Source: Amphiscolops sp. MND2022 (lineage: Eukaryota). Taken from it: 64,000 nt of DNA. This document shows, piece by piece, positions 36,833 through 48,339 of the stretch. The position numbers and the translations under genes were made by a program. The stretch spans positions 11,100,001 through 11,164,000 of the forward strand of contig OZ076409.1 in assembly GCA_964187785.1 (NCBI GenBank), written 5' to 3'. The notes beneath the pieces are model-generated. The model searched no databases. It was not told the DNA's origin and saw only the letters and a list, made by a program, of their open reading frames with translations. Position 1 is the first letter of the stretch, and the number at the start of each line of letters is the position of its first letter.

Positions 36833-37560
36833 TGTAACGATAAGCGCTGGCGCTTGAACCGCAACGTAGAGTGGAGGAACTAGAACAGCGAATATAATCT
36901 GGGACCTAGATCTCCGCGGCTCTAGCTCATTTTCCCTCCGAAGGAGCCAGTCCCAAGGTGGGGGAACCGTCTTGTAGGATACTCTCTGGCCTGGTCCTAG
37001 TCTGTAACTGCTAAAAGTAACAGGTATCTTGCAAGACTCAAGACCACTGCTCAACTAGCCTTTAAAAATCGGGCTGAAAATCGATGAAGGTTGAACCGTA
37101 ATATTGGAGAACCTGATAAAATCGCCAAATTGGATAAACAGATGTTCAACAACAGCTCTCGAGCATATTAATTAATCACATCGAAAAATACAATAAGAAA
37201 TCAAGAGTTCAGAGTCATTTGATGAAAATCGACCTCAGCTTCCCAGCGCTAGCGCTAGTTGCCACACAGGATACCACAGGGATACTCAGGCGAACATCTG
37301 GAACACTGGTTTCCTTTACTGTAGTAATGGATATCTCCCAGAGATAGACACAATACCGTGTTCTGTATGCGTTGGGGACGTCTTTTTGTCGTCTCCGGTG
37401 CTTGTTCGTCGCGAGCGGCGATTTCTGCTTTTCTGGGGTGCTTTTTCTGGCAGGTACTTCGTCTTGAGCATGTTTGAGTGCCACGTCAAATTTGAACGAA
37501 TTTTTGACAAAATTTCCAAACATGTCGGTTGATATTGCTGTACCAGAGCTTGCCGTTACA
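36833..37560 (-). repeat. 5' LTR of element A (728 bp)
   Basis: Direct repeat of 18908-19635, followed on the minus strand by the PBS. Confidence 0.97.
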
Positions 37561-38809
37561 TATATTCAATAATATATATATATATTCAATAATATATATA
37601 TATTCAATTGTTTCAACAACTCCACGTAGTCTTGTGGAAGAAAGTTTCCGTGATTTTGTGAACGAGAACTGACATTTTTCGATGCTTTGGAGTTCTTCCT
37701 TTCGCCACCTCCTTGCTCACTGGTATCCGAGCTCCCCGAGATCGATTGTTTCCGAGAATCACAGCCTTCTGCCATTGACAAACATTCGCCTTGTTTTTCC
37801 CTAAACATCCGTGTTAAAGGCGAGAGCAAAAACAAGCAGGAAATCAACTTAACAAAAAATAGGGCAAATGCAAATATGGCCTCTTTAGAAGTTGAACATC
37901 ATTTCTACTAGAAGTTTGGAACACCACAAAAAACCTCAGTTTGGAACAAACAATTTTCTAGCTTCTATCTCAATCACCTATTGGCTTGAAATGATAACTT
38001 CACCGAGGAAAAACATCGGCAATCAATGTCACGAACATTTTCTTTATCATTAGTTCCAATCCGTTAGTTTCAATTCAATCATTAGTTTCAGCGCACTGAA
38101 AACCCTTAATTTGAACTCCTCATTATCGCATTTAGAATGGTTGTTCAAGTGATTATTATGTCAGTTTTTGCTTATAACAACCTTTAAAGTAGAAAAAACG
38201 TTAGATTACAAACCTGTTCAATGCAATGCGGAGGTTTCGTGTTATATTGATGCCGGTTCGAGACTAATTGTCATCAGGTAACACGAATACTCATAAATAA
38301 CAGGTGAAGTAACCATTGGTTTCACACCAGACTAGGTTTTATAGGAGCAGTTATCATAACAGTTACCGTGACATGCGATGCGGCCTTAGATTTGCATCTA
38401 GTTGCTAGCAAAAATGCAAACACATAATACTCAATTCTTAAGAAACTCAGTCGAGCAAAATTAACAGACAATGGCCTTCCGTTTATGGAAGTTTTTTTCA
38501 CACCTACAACTTGAATAAAAATGGAGATTTTGCAATATTGCTGAAGATGCTCGGATGAGTGAGATTTTTTCTTGTAAAAAAGGATCTCATTTTGGTGTAT
38601 TCGCTATTCACTAAGGTTACTCAGCATTTCTCACGTTAGAATAAAATAGATCCGCTTTCTCGTAACGACGGAGTTATCGTTAGCCAACTAAAAAATTCGA
38701 ACGCTAAGTTTCGACGTTCAGCTAAATTGTCTTCGAGAATACCGAACGTTAGAAAGTGATAAAAAAATTTCAAAATCGTTTAGCCTGAATCATTGAAAGT
38801 GCGAATGAA

Positions 38810-39230
38810 ATTCCACAAAAACTAAATCGCAATTTTTCGGCACTAAGCGACTTTTGTTGAATGTTTTTCCGACACTACAGAAGGATACCCTTTGAATGTC
38901 AGCGGAAACCAGCGTAGAGGGCCTCATAAGTTCTTTTTCGGCACTACGCGACTGAATGGAAAATTTTTTCATGAAATTTTTCACCTAAATTTTGGTAGTT
39001 TGAGGTTCTCAGAACCGAAGATCTTCGGAATCTGATGAGAGTTTTCTTCAAAATTGTGAAACAGGCAGTTTTCGGCTCTGTGCGTCTTTTTACGAAATTG
39101 TTCTTCGTTTCAATAAAGGTTCGCTGTTTGAGTTTTTTGACGTTCTTCGTTTAGAAAACGCGTTTATTGAGACTAAAAGGCCACGATATACGTAATTCAA
39201 GCACTGTCAGACTTTTTCGTACGAACAGTT
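38810..39230 (+). repeat. Degraded internal fragment of the Helentron/HINE-like family
   Basis: Recurring tttttcggcact...cgact subrepeats; termini not recognisable. Confidence 0.4.
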
Positions 39231-39991
39231 ATATTCGTGAAAACCAAATTTGGGTTTTATATGATATTTTTAATCATGAAAAGTTTCGCCATTGAATCCT
39301 TTCATTGATTTTTATCCCATACCTATACATTATTCAGTATCTTTTTGCTGTTGATACCAATTGTCGAAAGGTGAGGGGGAAGAAAATTCCTGTTTCTATG
39401 TTGAAGTTGCATATCACAAAATGGATGAGTACATAACAACAAGACTTCGCAAGACATTATCTCATTTGTCAGAACAATAATTTATCTAGAAGGAACGTGG
39501 TAATTTTCGGTACACTGCATGTTGTTACTGACCTCGTATAGTAGATGAATTTGTCGTAGCAGTCGTGGGGACAGTGACTCAGGCCAAATTATGATTGATC
39601 AAGAAATGTCCGGAAACACTGATTGAGATTAGAAATAGTTGAGGCCAGTGAAATAACTGATATTATATGAAGTATATACATTTCATAAGAGTAATGAGAA
39701 AAGAGGAGAGGTAACACAGAGGGGATAGTTTCGAAATATATTTACCTCAGGGATTGGTTTCCTCTTTTTTTCTTCTATTTGGTTTCTATATTTTGCAAAG
39801 ACACAAAGATTATTTTTCGAATAAGTTCATTCAGGAATACTTGCAATGAGCAATTGTAAAAAAAAAACAAAACTGAAAATTATGCAGATGTCACTTATGA
39901 ATGAAATTCAATGAAATTCATTCAAACTAAATGTTGAGTCACAACGTATTCCACCCCTGAAAAAGCGTTTGGCGAAAAGTGATATCATTGT

Positions 39992-41190
39992 TCAAGTGGA
40001 ACGATTGACACAGATAAAAACTGGGCGAAGTTTCAATTTTTGTCTACGAAGTCGACAGGGTTTTTCGTTAACTTTTTGACTGGTCTGTGAATGTAGCCAT
40101 GGGTCGTTTTGAGTCGACTGCATCCAGCCCCGAAAACACTTTGTCGACACTTGCCATTGGCCATAACACACGTGGTGTAAAATCGTCTTTAAGCCAAACC
40201 AAGTCGCCAGGCTGCAAATTTGGAGTTGGAGAGGGCCATTTGCCAGCTTGAGGAGTGTAAGCATGTATTCTTTCAGGAAACAATTCCAAAACTGATCGCA
40301 CAGCTGTTGTGCTTGCTTCCAACTGCTGGCGATAGTAACTGATTTATCCGAGAAGATGCCGGTTGTAAAAGTTGATAATGGGCGGCCTACCAGGAAATTG
40401 TTAGGTGTGATTGGTTCTACATCTCGGAAATCGCTGGATATTTGAGTTAGAGGTCGACCTTTCATAATACCAGTTACCTCGCACACAAAAGTCGGGAGGG
40501 TGTCATGAGTCAAAGTTCGAGAACCAATTACACGATAAAAGGCGTTCTCGAACACTTCCACCAAACTCTCCAAGAATCCACCAAAATGAGGCTATGATAG
40601 AGGGATAAAGCGCCAATCCAAACTGAGTAGTACCAAGAGCGTCCCGAAAGGCATTGTCCATTCGACGTTTCTCAGTACCATTTTCAATTCTTTCCAAGCT
40701 TTGATGAAAGTTGTCGCGTAGTCAGAGCAGATATGTTGAGGAGTTCCACGGAAAGAAATGAAACACCGAACTGTCATGAGCGTTGTCATTTTATTGAGAT
40801 GAGCTCACGTCTCGATATGAACAGCTCTTGTGACAAAGCAAGTAGAGAGCAGGCAATATCGTCACCTGAATTGACCATTGTCGTTGATGGGAAACGGACC
40901 AACGAAATCGAGTCCTGTTGTAACAAATGGGATTTGATGCGCAGAAGGTAAGCGACAAGTGGTAGATCAGCCATGATCGGATAGCCGAAGTGCTGGGTTA
41001 TCCTTCTGCAAGGAATACAATGATGGATGATGGTCTTGAGGGCAGACCGACAAATCAGAAGCCAAAACTTGAACAGAACTCTTGGACAATTGGCTAGCAT
41101 GGGAATTGCTTTAGTGTTTAGGGAGAAGGAAGAGATTTACTGCCGGATGTTTCGAATCAACAATGACTGGGTAACATGCGTCAAGGAGAT
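39992..41190 (-). pseudogene. BEL/Pao LTR retrotransposon integrase relic
   Basis: Read across frames: CIPCRR...PIMADLP, FISFRGTPQHICSDYATTF, VCEVTGIMKGRPLT, EPITPNNFLVGRP, QFWNCFLKEY, LQPGDLVWLKD...WPMA. These are typical of BEL/Pao integrase and its C-terminal domain. Confidence 0.88.
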
Positions 41191-41197
41191 AGTTAGC

Positions 41198-41671
41198 TTA
41201 GTATTTAACTTCGAGGCTCTTTTGTAGATCTCCGGACTCTCGGTCCAATGCTGAATTTCTTCCCTGTCCCTGAGCACCAATTGTATTTTGTATAGAAGAA
41301 AAAACTTGTTCAGTAAATACAGTGTATACTTTTGTTAACAATTGAGAGTTCAATTCAATTTTGGTCTCATCTAATTTCTTTGTAATTTGGCTAGCTATCT
41401 CAGTATAAATCATACTTGCTGTTTCAATTGTTATTTCACTGTTCTCTCTACTATTGGTATTTAGTAATGACTTGAAGTCTTCACCATTTTGGTTAATATT
41501 TTGCTGCGTCCCAACAGACTCAAGGCCTACATTATTGTCCCTATCACCTTGATCACTTTCTAAGTTACTTCTTGGAAATGTACCTAGCATCCTTTCCATG
41601 TAATCGCGATCAGGCTGAACTCCTGACTGTCTAGACCGTTTTTCCCTCGCTTTTTGTTTCCTAGTTGACAA
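41198..41671 (-). mobile_element. Gag-leader-like ORF (157 aa, MSTRKQKAREKRSRQS...) of an LTR family, truncated against the BEL/Pao relic
   Basis: Similar to the units at ~7690 and 9935; coiled-coil IASQITKKLDETKIELNSQ. Confidence 0.55.
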
Positions 41672-42707
41672 ATTTCTTGCTCGAGGAATACTGAATTTGA
41701 GATTCTTATTGTAATCAAATGTAGTCTATTCAACAGGTAATACAAATCAATTTGAAAGTAAAACAAATGCATGCTTTGTGACAATCGTTTTGTGAAGTGG
41801 TTTCAATTGAAATTATCTCCAAAAGATCCCCTCGCTTTGGGGCTCTGCTATACATGCAAATCACCATGACACGCTCAGTTATGAGAATCTTCAATCTAAA
41901 AAGAGTACCGAGTGTATAATGTCAATGTGACGTCATTCTAAAGTTAGTAAAACTAAAATCGAAATAGGGCACAGGTCTGTAGATAGACAAAAAGAGAAGG
42001 GGCAGTACGCCTATTCGTTTCTTTATGATGTCTTTGATTATTTTCTGCATCCATTTTGAATGAAAGAAACATATATAAACAGCACAATAAAAAGCATCAC
42101 AATAAACAGCATAATGGACCATCGGTCCGTTCACCTATAATTTAGGCGTTTCTGATTTGTTAATTTTGACTGCGCGTCGAAGTAGCCAGAGCTAGTGTTC
42201 TTTAGCCAGAGCCTGCAATTAGTCCAACTATCGTTGATTATCTATTTCACATTGCAACATTTGATGCTACTTCCTTGCCAATAACTACTGATTGATATCG
42301 TTACAAAATAAGAGTACATGACTTAGGTACTGAACAAAACACATATAGATGCTAAGTTCAAGGTTCCTAAGATGCTAAGTTCAAAGTTTAATATAATTTT
42401 ACAGGCAGAATCCCCTTTCTAGGTGATCGGACTGGGGGCCCCTTCTACAGTGGTAGTACTCCGACAGGCATCGTAAATTCCGAGCTTTCGGTCGGCGTGA
42501 CTTGATATTTGTTGCCATCACGGGCGGTGGCCTGCGACACATTTGCTGGTCAAGGTAAAGTAAAACAGTCGTACCGAGTTTCAGAACAACGTTCGCTATC
42601 AGTGTCATCAGGTTCCAAATTGATGTCATCATACCAAATAAGCTCTCCACAGATCGCTACAAAAGATGGAGTAAAAAGACTAGATAGATCTAAACCACTG
42701 GAATTGT

Positions 42708-42757
42708 GAAGAAAAAGAAGAAGAAGAAGAAGAAGAAGAAGAAGAAGAAGAAGAAAG
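42708..42757 (+). repeat. (GAA)n microsatellite
   Basis: Direct observation; about 15 units with one interruption. Confidence 0.95.
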
Positions 42758-45216
42758 TTAAAACCCAATTCCATAGGGTGGACGCCGAACAAGTATTTCG
42801 GGTTTTCAAAGTTGGTCCCCTTTTGGATACTATCTCCTCATAGTGAGGTTATGGTACTGTAATGACAGTCAGCTTGGGATATGTTTTCAGTTTCTCTTGA
42901 TTCAGAGGTCGACGGGACGTTCCTTATACTAATTGTTCCAGAGGTTTGTTCTGCCCCATTCTGTTTCTTCAAACAGGGAATCGATTTTTGGAAACAAATT
43001 CCCAATCATTGCAGGATTTCTCTCTGTTTTGTCTCTGTTTCCTTTATACTTCTGCCAACTGATTTTTTAAATTTCTCGGAGTTCTGTTTATCTCCTTATT
43101 CTCGGAGAATTCATTATCCGAAATGCTCGTGACTTTTTCAGGTAGGCTAGTTGTCTCCAATTCCTCTATAGTGCCCCATGGTGCATCTCGTTTAGCATTT
43201 CTCTTATATGATCTTTCGAGCTTTTTTCAGCGACTTTGAAGGTGTATTTTCACGAAAATTTCATAAAAGAGTTTTCAAGTGTTTCAATATTCTCAATTAC
43301 GAAATCAGACGAAATATTATGATTAATATCCCAAATTTCACACAATTTTTTTTCTTCCCATTCCGGGAAAAAAGTCCCCACAACTTCCATACCTCTGGCG
43401 TCCATCGGTGGCAGAAAAACAGAAAGTTCAGTTCAGCATTGTCGAACACAGACTCTCAGTTTGTTCCTGCTTTCCGGGAAAAGCAAGCGTCCACTTCCTG
43501 TCGGAGTTGCCACTCGGCTTTTCTTCGCTTCTAATTCCCGTCCTTCAGGACGCCGAAACTGTACTTGGCCGTGAAATAACATTGATGATTCAAAAAACAC
43601 TTTTTTAGAAGTCATTACAATCAATTTTCATGGAAAAGAAAAAATCTTCCTGATTTAACTCAAATACTCCACGATACATCATAATGCTTCAAATGGGTCA
43701 ATTTCACCGGGTTTTTAGGTGATTAGAGCTGAATTTTCAAAGTAACACAAATCTAGGTCCCAGGCCACTGTCTAGAACGCTTGAGTAATTATTTATTATC
43801 TCACTCGAAAATAGTTATGAACCGCACATAATAACAACAAAGACTGGGCACTGGCTCATATTTATAGACATTTTGTTAAAAAGCGACAATATTCAAAATC
43901 AACCCAATAAATCATTTCTACCTTGAATTTGATGATTCCCTTTTACCGGGACACGTCCGGGGCCGTGGTTCACGAGGTGGTGCTGTTCAAATGCAAAAAA
44001 AATTGCAGGTACTCACGCGCTTGAAAACTAACATAGAAGTGGTTCAATTCCAATACAGCGCACATTTCATTTCGAGGCCGCTAGCCAGGCCGGCGTCTCA
44101 TTTCTTAGTAGGACGCGGGATCGCCGCTAGAATTCTCAGGCCGTTCGCCAGGCTGAGCTTTTAACTATTGTAAATTACATAGCGCCGTTTAAATATCTAT
44201 TATAGCTTCGTGATTGTTGCTGACAACCCGTCTACAAGTAGGTAGTCGATAACCAATTAGTAATATGAAGTACTGTTCTAAATGGTTCAGCTCCGTTGTT
44301 TCGAAGTTAAAGGATGGATTTTTTGTTATTTTTTCAGATGTTGGTTCCTTCTTTCATTCTTTCTTTCCATTTCCCGTTTCCTTCTCCGTAAACTGAGCTT
44401 GTTTTGTGGCAAAATTCACAACTCAGCTGGGGCTGTGACAGTCCTCGGCTTCGGAGTTCAGTCTGGTCTGGGAGAATGAGAAATAACTGTGAAATAGATG
44501 GTATGAGGGTGTAGAAAAGTGTTGCTAGATCGTCTCGCATCGCGTCAATCGCACGCCAAGATGATTCATGGTCCCAGTCACTGCCCGAGTAGTAACCTTC
44601 AGAATTGCTTCATGAGCTGATGGGACTCATAAAGACGTTATCTGGTTTTACCGGATTATCGTGTGACAATTGTCTGACCGCGTCTCGGTTGTTCTCTTCG
44701 TTAACTATCAATTTATTTGGTTGCTGCTCGTATACGAGGACCACGTGTAGGTCCGCTGTTTTGATGATTTCGTGAAACGTAGTTGTCCTTGGCGGGTTAA
44801 TTATGTTGTATTTAGGCGGTGGGGTATTGGGTCTTTGTTTCTGCTGCTCCTGTTGATCTCGATCAAGGAAAACAGTGTCGTCATTGTTGTGTTCATTCGG
44901 AGTTTGGAAATTCTATTTGTTTCGGTTACGAACTGAATATCAGGCGGTTTGTAGTGCGGAGCTGAATAAATTTCGCGTTTCGTAATTTGTTCAGGAGGTT
45001 TCGTTGAATTTTGAGTTGTTCATCTGGCAGACCGCCCAAATCTCCCTTTTTAGTAGATAACTTCTGATACTAATACTTCTATGATCTTTTGCCACATCTT
45101 CTCTGTAATAGTATTTGCTATTTTCGGATTGCTTGAAACAAAAATGTGCTTTACGGAAGAAGACAGTGCACTTCTGCATTGCAGTCGTGAAGCTGGTCTT
45201 GTTGAGAGTTAAAAGA

Positions 45217-47710
45217 TGTGGAGGCAGTTATCGAGTCTGTGCTTGGGAGTGTGGAGGGGTGGACGTCAGTGGTGACAAGGACAAAAGTGGAGAGGTTTGT
45301 GGAGGTGGACATGACGTTTCGACATCGCGTGGATTTGGTGAGAGAGATTGTTCAAGTGATGATGCTGATGACGGAGATGAGGAAAGGTGTGCCGTCCTTT
45401 CGTTCTGCGCCCAGTGACAACCGTAATACCATTGACTATATGGCAAACAAGAGAAGTGAACTTTCCTAGAAATTAAATCAGCGGTAGTAGTTGTGTTGGA
45501 CCGCGTTATTGTTAAGTTTACTTTCACTGTTACCAACGATGAACTTGATAAGGACTATTCGTCAAGCTGCAGGACTAGGTCCCAGAACAAGACGAAACAG
45601 CGGTCCAGTCGTGTGCTGTCCACCAGTAGTGTGCGATCGACCAAGCGTGTGCGCTTGTGTGACATCCTTTTGGGTGCCATTCACAGGTCTCTTACTCTGT
45701 ACGACAGTTCTCGTGACGACAATGTGCCGCCGACAATTTCTGCATCAAGTGTTCTTGAAAGGTACTCTTGCTTGTTTCTCCTTGTTTTGAAAGTCTTCTC
45801 TGTAATGGGTTGTGGTTCTATATTCAACGCCCCATTTTTATGTACTTCATTTTTTACTGTTGTCGTTGCTGACCTCGAGACTGGGCTGGGTGGTTTGTTC
45901 TGCTGCCGAGAGTAATGTGATTGCCTGTGCTGAGACTGACGCTGTATCAGTGCTCCCAGCAGGACCTTCCCGAGATACCATGACGCACCATGGTCGTGCC
46001 GCTGTCGGATTGGGGCCGTCTGTTATCCACAATGTGTCGGGAAAAACGAATAGTTTCGTTTTTGTGTATGTTGTGTATTTTTTTCCATTTTTCCTCTGTC
46101 TGTCTTTCCGCTGTTGACTAGTTGGTTTCGTTTACACTATTGTGAAAAGTTGTGGTTTGTTCTTAGCTGGCCTGGAGTCTGTCCCTCCTGGTTCACCCGT
46201 AGTGATGTCTGCCGCACCTGTGTCTTATATTGACTCGACGTGCTGCCCGGACTGAGGTGACCTAGGCATTGAGAGAGAGAAGGACGTTGGCCAAGTATCT
46301 ATTCGGTTATTGTCTCCCATACTGCTTTTTGTTCGTGTGGTTCAACCTTGTTCATCGACATTTGTTCCTTGTTTGGGTTTTGTTTGTTTCCTTGTTGTCA
46401 TCCTCATCATGCGTTACCGGATTGCTCTTTCAAATCTGTTTATTTAGAATTTGAAGAGTTGTCACAGTTGCTAAAGACAAAGAGCACTGATGCCAACAAT
46501 TCTTGTCGTGTGTTGGACGCTCTGGACTCCAAATAGGAAAAACTGGCTCGTGAAGAGGAACCTGCGAAGAAACAGACTGACCGACAGGTCCTGACCAAAG
46601 CCATGAGTGACCACCCCATTCCGAGGTTGTTCGTCAGCCGACGAAACAACAAAAGCCCAGTACACTTCGACTGCTCCATTTGCCAAAATGTTGTCTCCTT
46701 CTTGTCTCCTGGACCCCGAGGCATTCGGAGGCATTTTTAAGAGCAAAGGGCATTATCTGAAGACCGGCGTTACCGTTTAGATGACGAGTACGTCATCTAT
46801 ACAGTGAAGTTTGATGCTATTCCTGTTAGTGAAGAGTCTGCAGTGCTAATGTCCGAAATTGAGAAGACACCGCATTTGACCCTGGGCGAAATGATCAGAT
46901 TTGTGGAAGACGAAGTTTATGCATTGGTTGGCGACACGTCCAATGTACCTCCAACGACCCTTGTTGATTGCGTGTTCGAGTTGCTGAGGAGTGGTGGTTC
47001 GAAGGTACTCCTGCGCCGTCTGGGGCATCAATTCCAAACGACTCCGCCCGTTGACAGCCCATATGTCTCTGTTACCTGGAGCAAGACTGAAACTTTGTTG
47101 GTGATCGTGCAAACGTTCGACCCGCGTGGACATCGTCGTCTGGAATCGTAGCTAGGTGAGAGACCTATTAGCTTGGCGCTGCAAGCTTCATTCTCCGTTG
47201 TTAATTGTACCGTCTGCCGTTGTCCTGATTCTTCTTTATGTAAAGTGTGCCTTATAGACGAGGATCATTGCGCTGCCTACTTTGAAGCAGAGATACAGTT
47301 TTTGTCTCGGGCAATGCCGTTCGTTTCTACTCGTCTAGGGCCTGTTGCCATCCAAAACTGCCCCCGCTTCTATTTAATGACTACATTAACTAGTGACGTG
47401 CTGTGGGTTGACCCGTACCCATTGTTGCGGTTGCTTTCGGCTTCGATTCTTTGCGTTGTTTGTTTGACGTGGCCAGTTTCGTGTGTGTTGGTTCGAAGGA
47501 GATTATTAGGAGGTGACGCCGAATACTGTCGTGGACCTGTTTCAGGACCTTGTCGCCTGTCTTCTGGACGCCGGCTGTCTGGACGATGTAGAGAATGAGT
47601 CTGCAGTAAACGAGTTCAAATCTTTTGTACTGGTGATTGTTCAGAAGTTTTTGAAGTGTTCGACTATTTGGAAGCAAGTGGGAGTTACCAGTGTCGATCT
47701 GATGTGAAGC
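45217..47710 (+). pseudogene. Antisense zinc-finger/hAT-transposase-derived pseudogene within element B
   Basis: HFDCSICQNVVSFLSPGPRGIRRHF/KSKGHY finger at ~46660-46756. TTLVDCVFELLRSGG, TWSKTETLLVIVQTFDP and GPVAIQNCP align with the intact gene at 57782-62542. Contains stops and frameshifts. Confidence 0.6.
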
Positions 47711-48339
47711 AAGTTGATCGACTGCTGCCTGTTGATGTGTGCCCTGCTCCCAGTATGTTGCCCCACTTTGATGTTTTCACCAGTGGAATGTTTGGAGGAG
47801 CTGAAAAGTATTTTCCGAACTGACATCAGTTTAAAAGTTGTAGAACCATCAATCCCTGGAGTGGTATCAGTCGCCATGCCTGCAAGGACTTCTTTAACAG
47901 TACATTTCCTTGTTATACAACAATTTTGTGTTCTTATTGTCGTCTGGCTCTGCAGTGCGCCCCGTGGCTTATGGTTCGGCCTCTGCAACTGACCTTGTTC
48001 CTGCTGAAAGTGAGCTGACTGCATCAGGTTCGTCATCGCGAGTAAGAAAAGGAAGTAAGAAGTGTCAACGTCATAGGAAATCCTTCTGATCGTGACTTTG
48101 TTTTAAACTTCATTGGTTGAATTTATTCTTGTAGTTTGTTTTGTATTTATTCTATACTTATTTCTTGGGTTATATTAACGGACTCCTCCTGAATGTATTC
48201 TTATAGAAATGGAAATATTAGAGACAAAGGAATGTAAAAAATGCACCAGTATAAGAAAACAATCCGGTGGCGACTCAATGTCCAATTGGGTTTTTGAAAT
48301 TAGTATTCAGTCTCTGTTTATTTTTCATTCGAGTTGAAG

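Larger units (their letters stand above)
18908..37560 (-). mobile_element. Element A: full-length 18,653-bp Ty3/gypsy LTR retrotransposon with an extra ORF3
   Basis: Two 728-bp direct repeats TGTAAC...GTTACA; 5-bp TSD TATAT (18903-18907 and 37561-37565); PBS and PPT present; domain order gag-PR-RT-RH-IN. Confidence 0.97.

Noticed and set aside
42400..42757. LINE 3' end with a (GAA)n tail
   Set aside because: No RT motif or TSD identified; only the microsatellite is supported.
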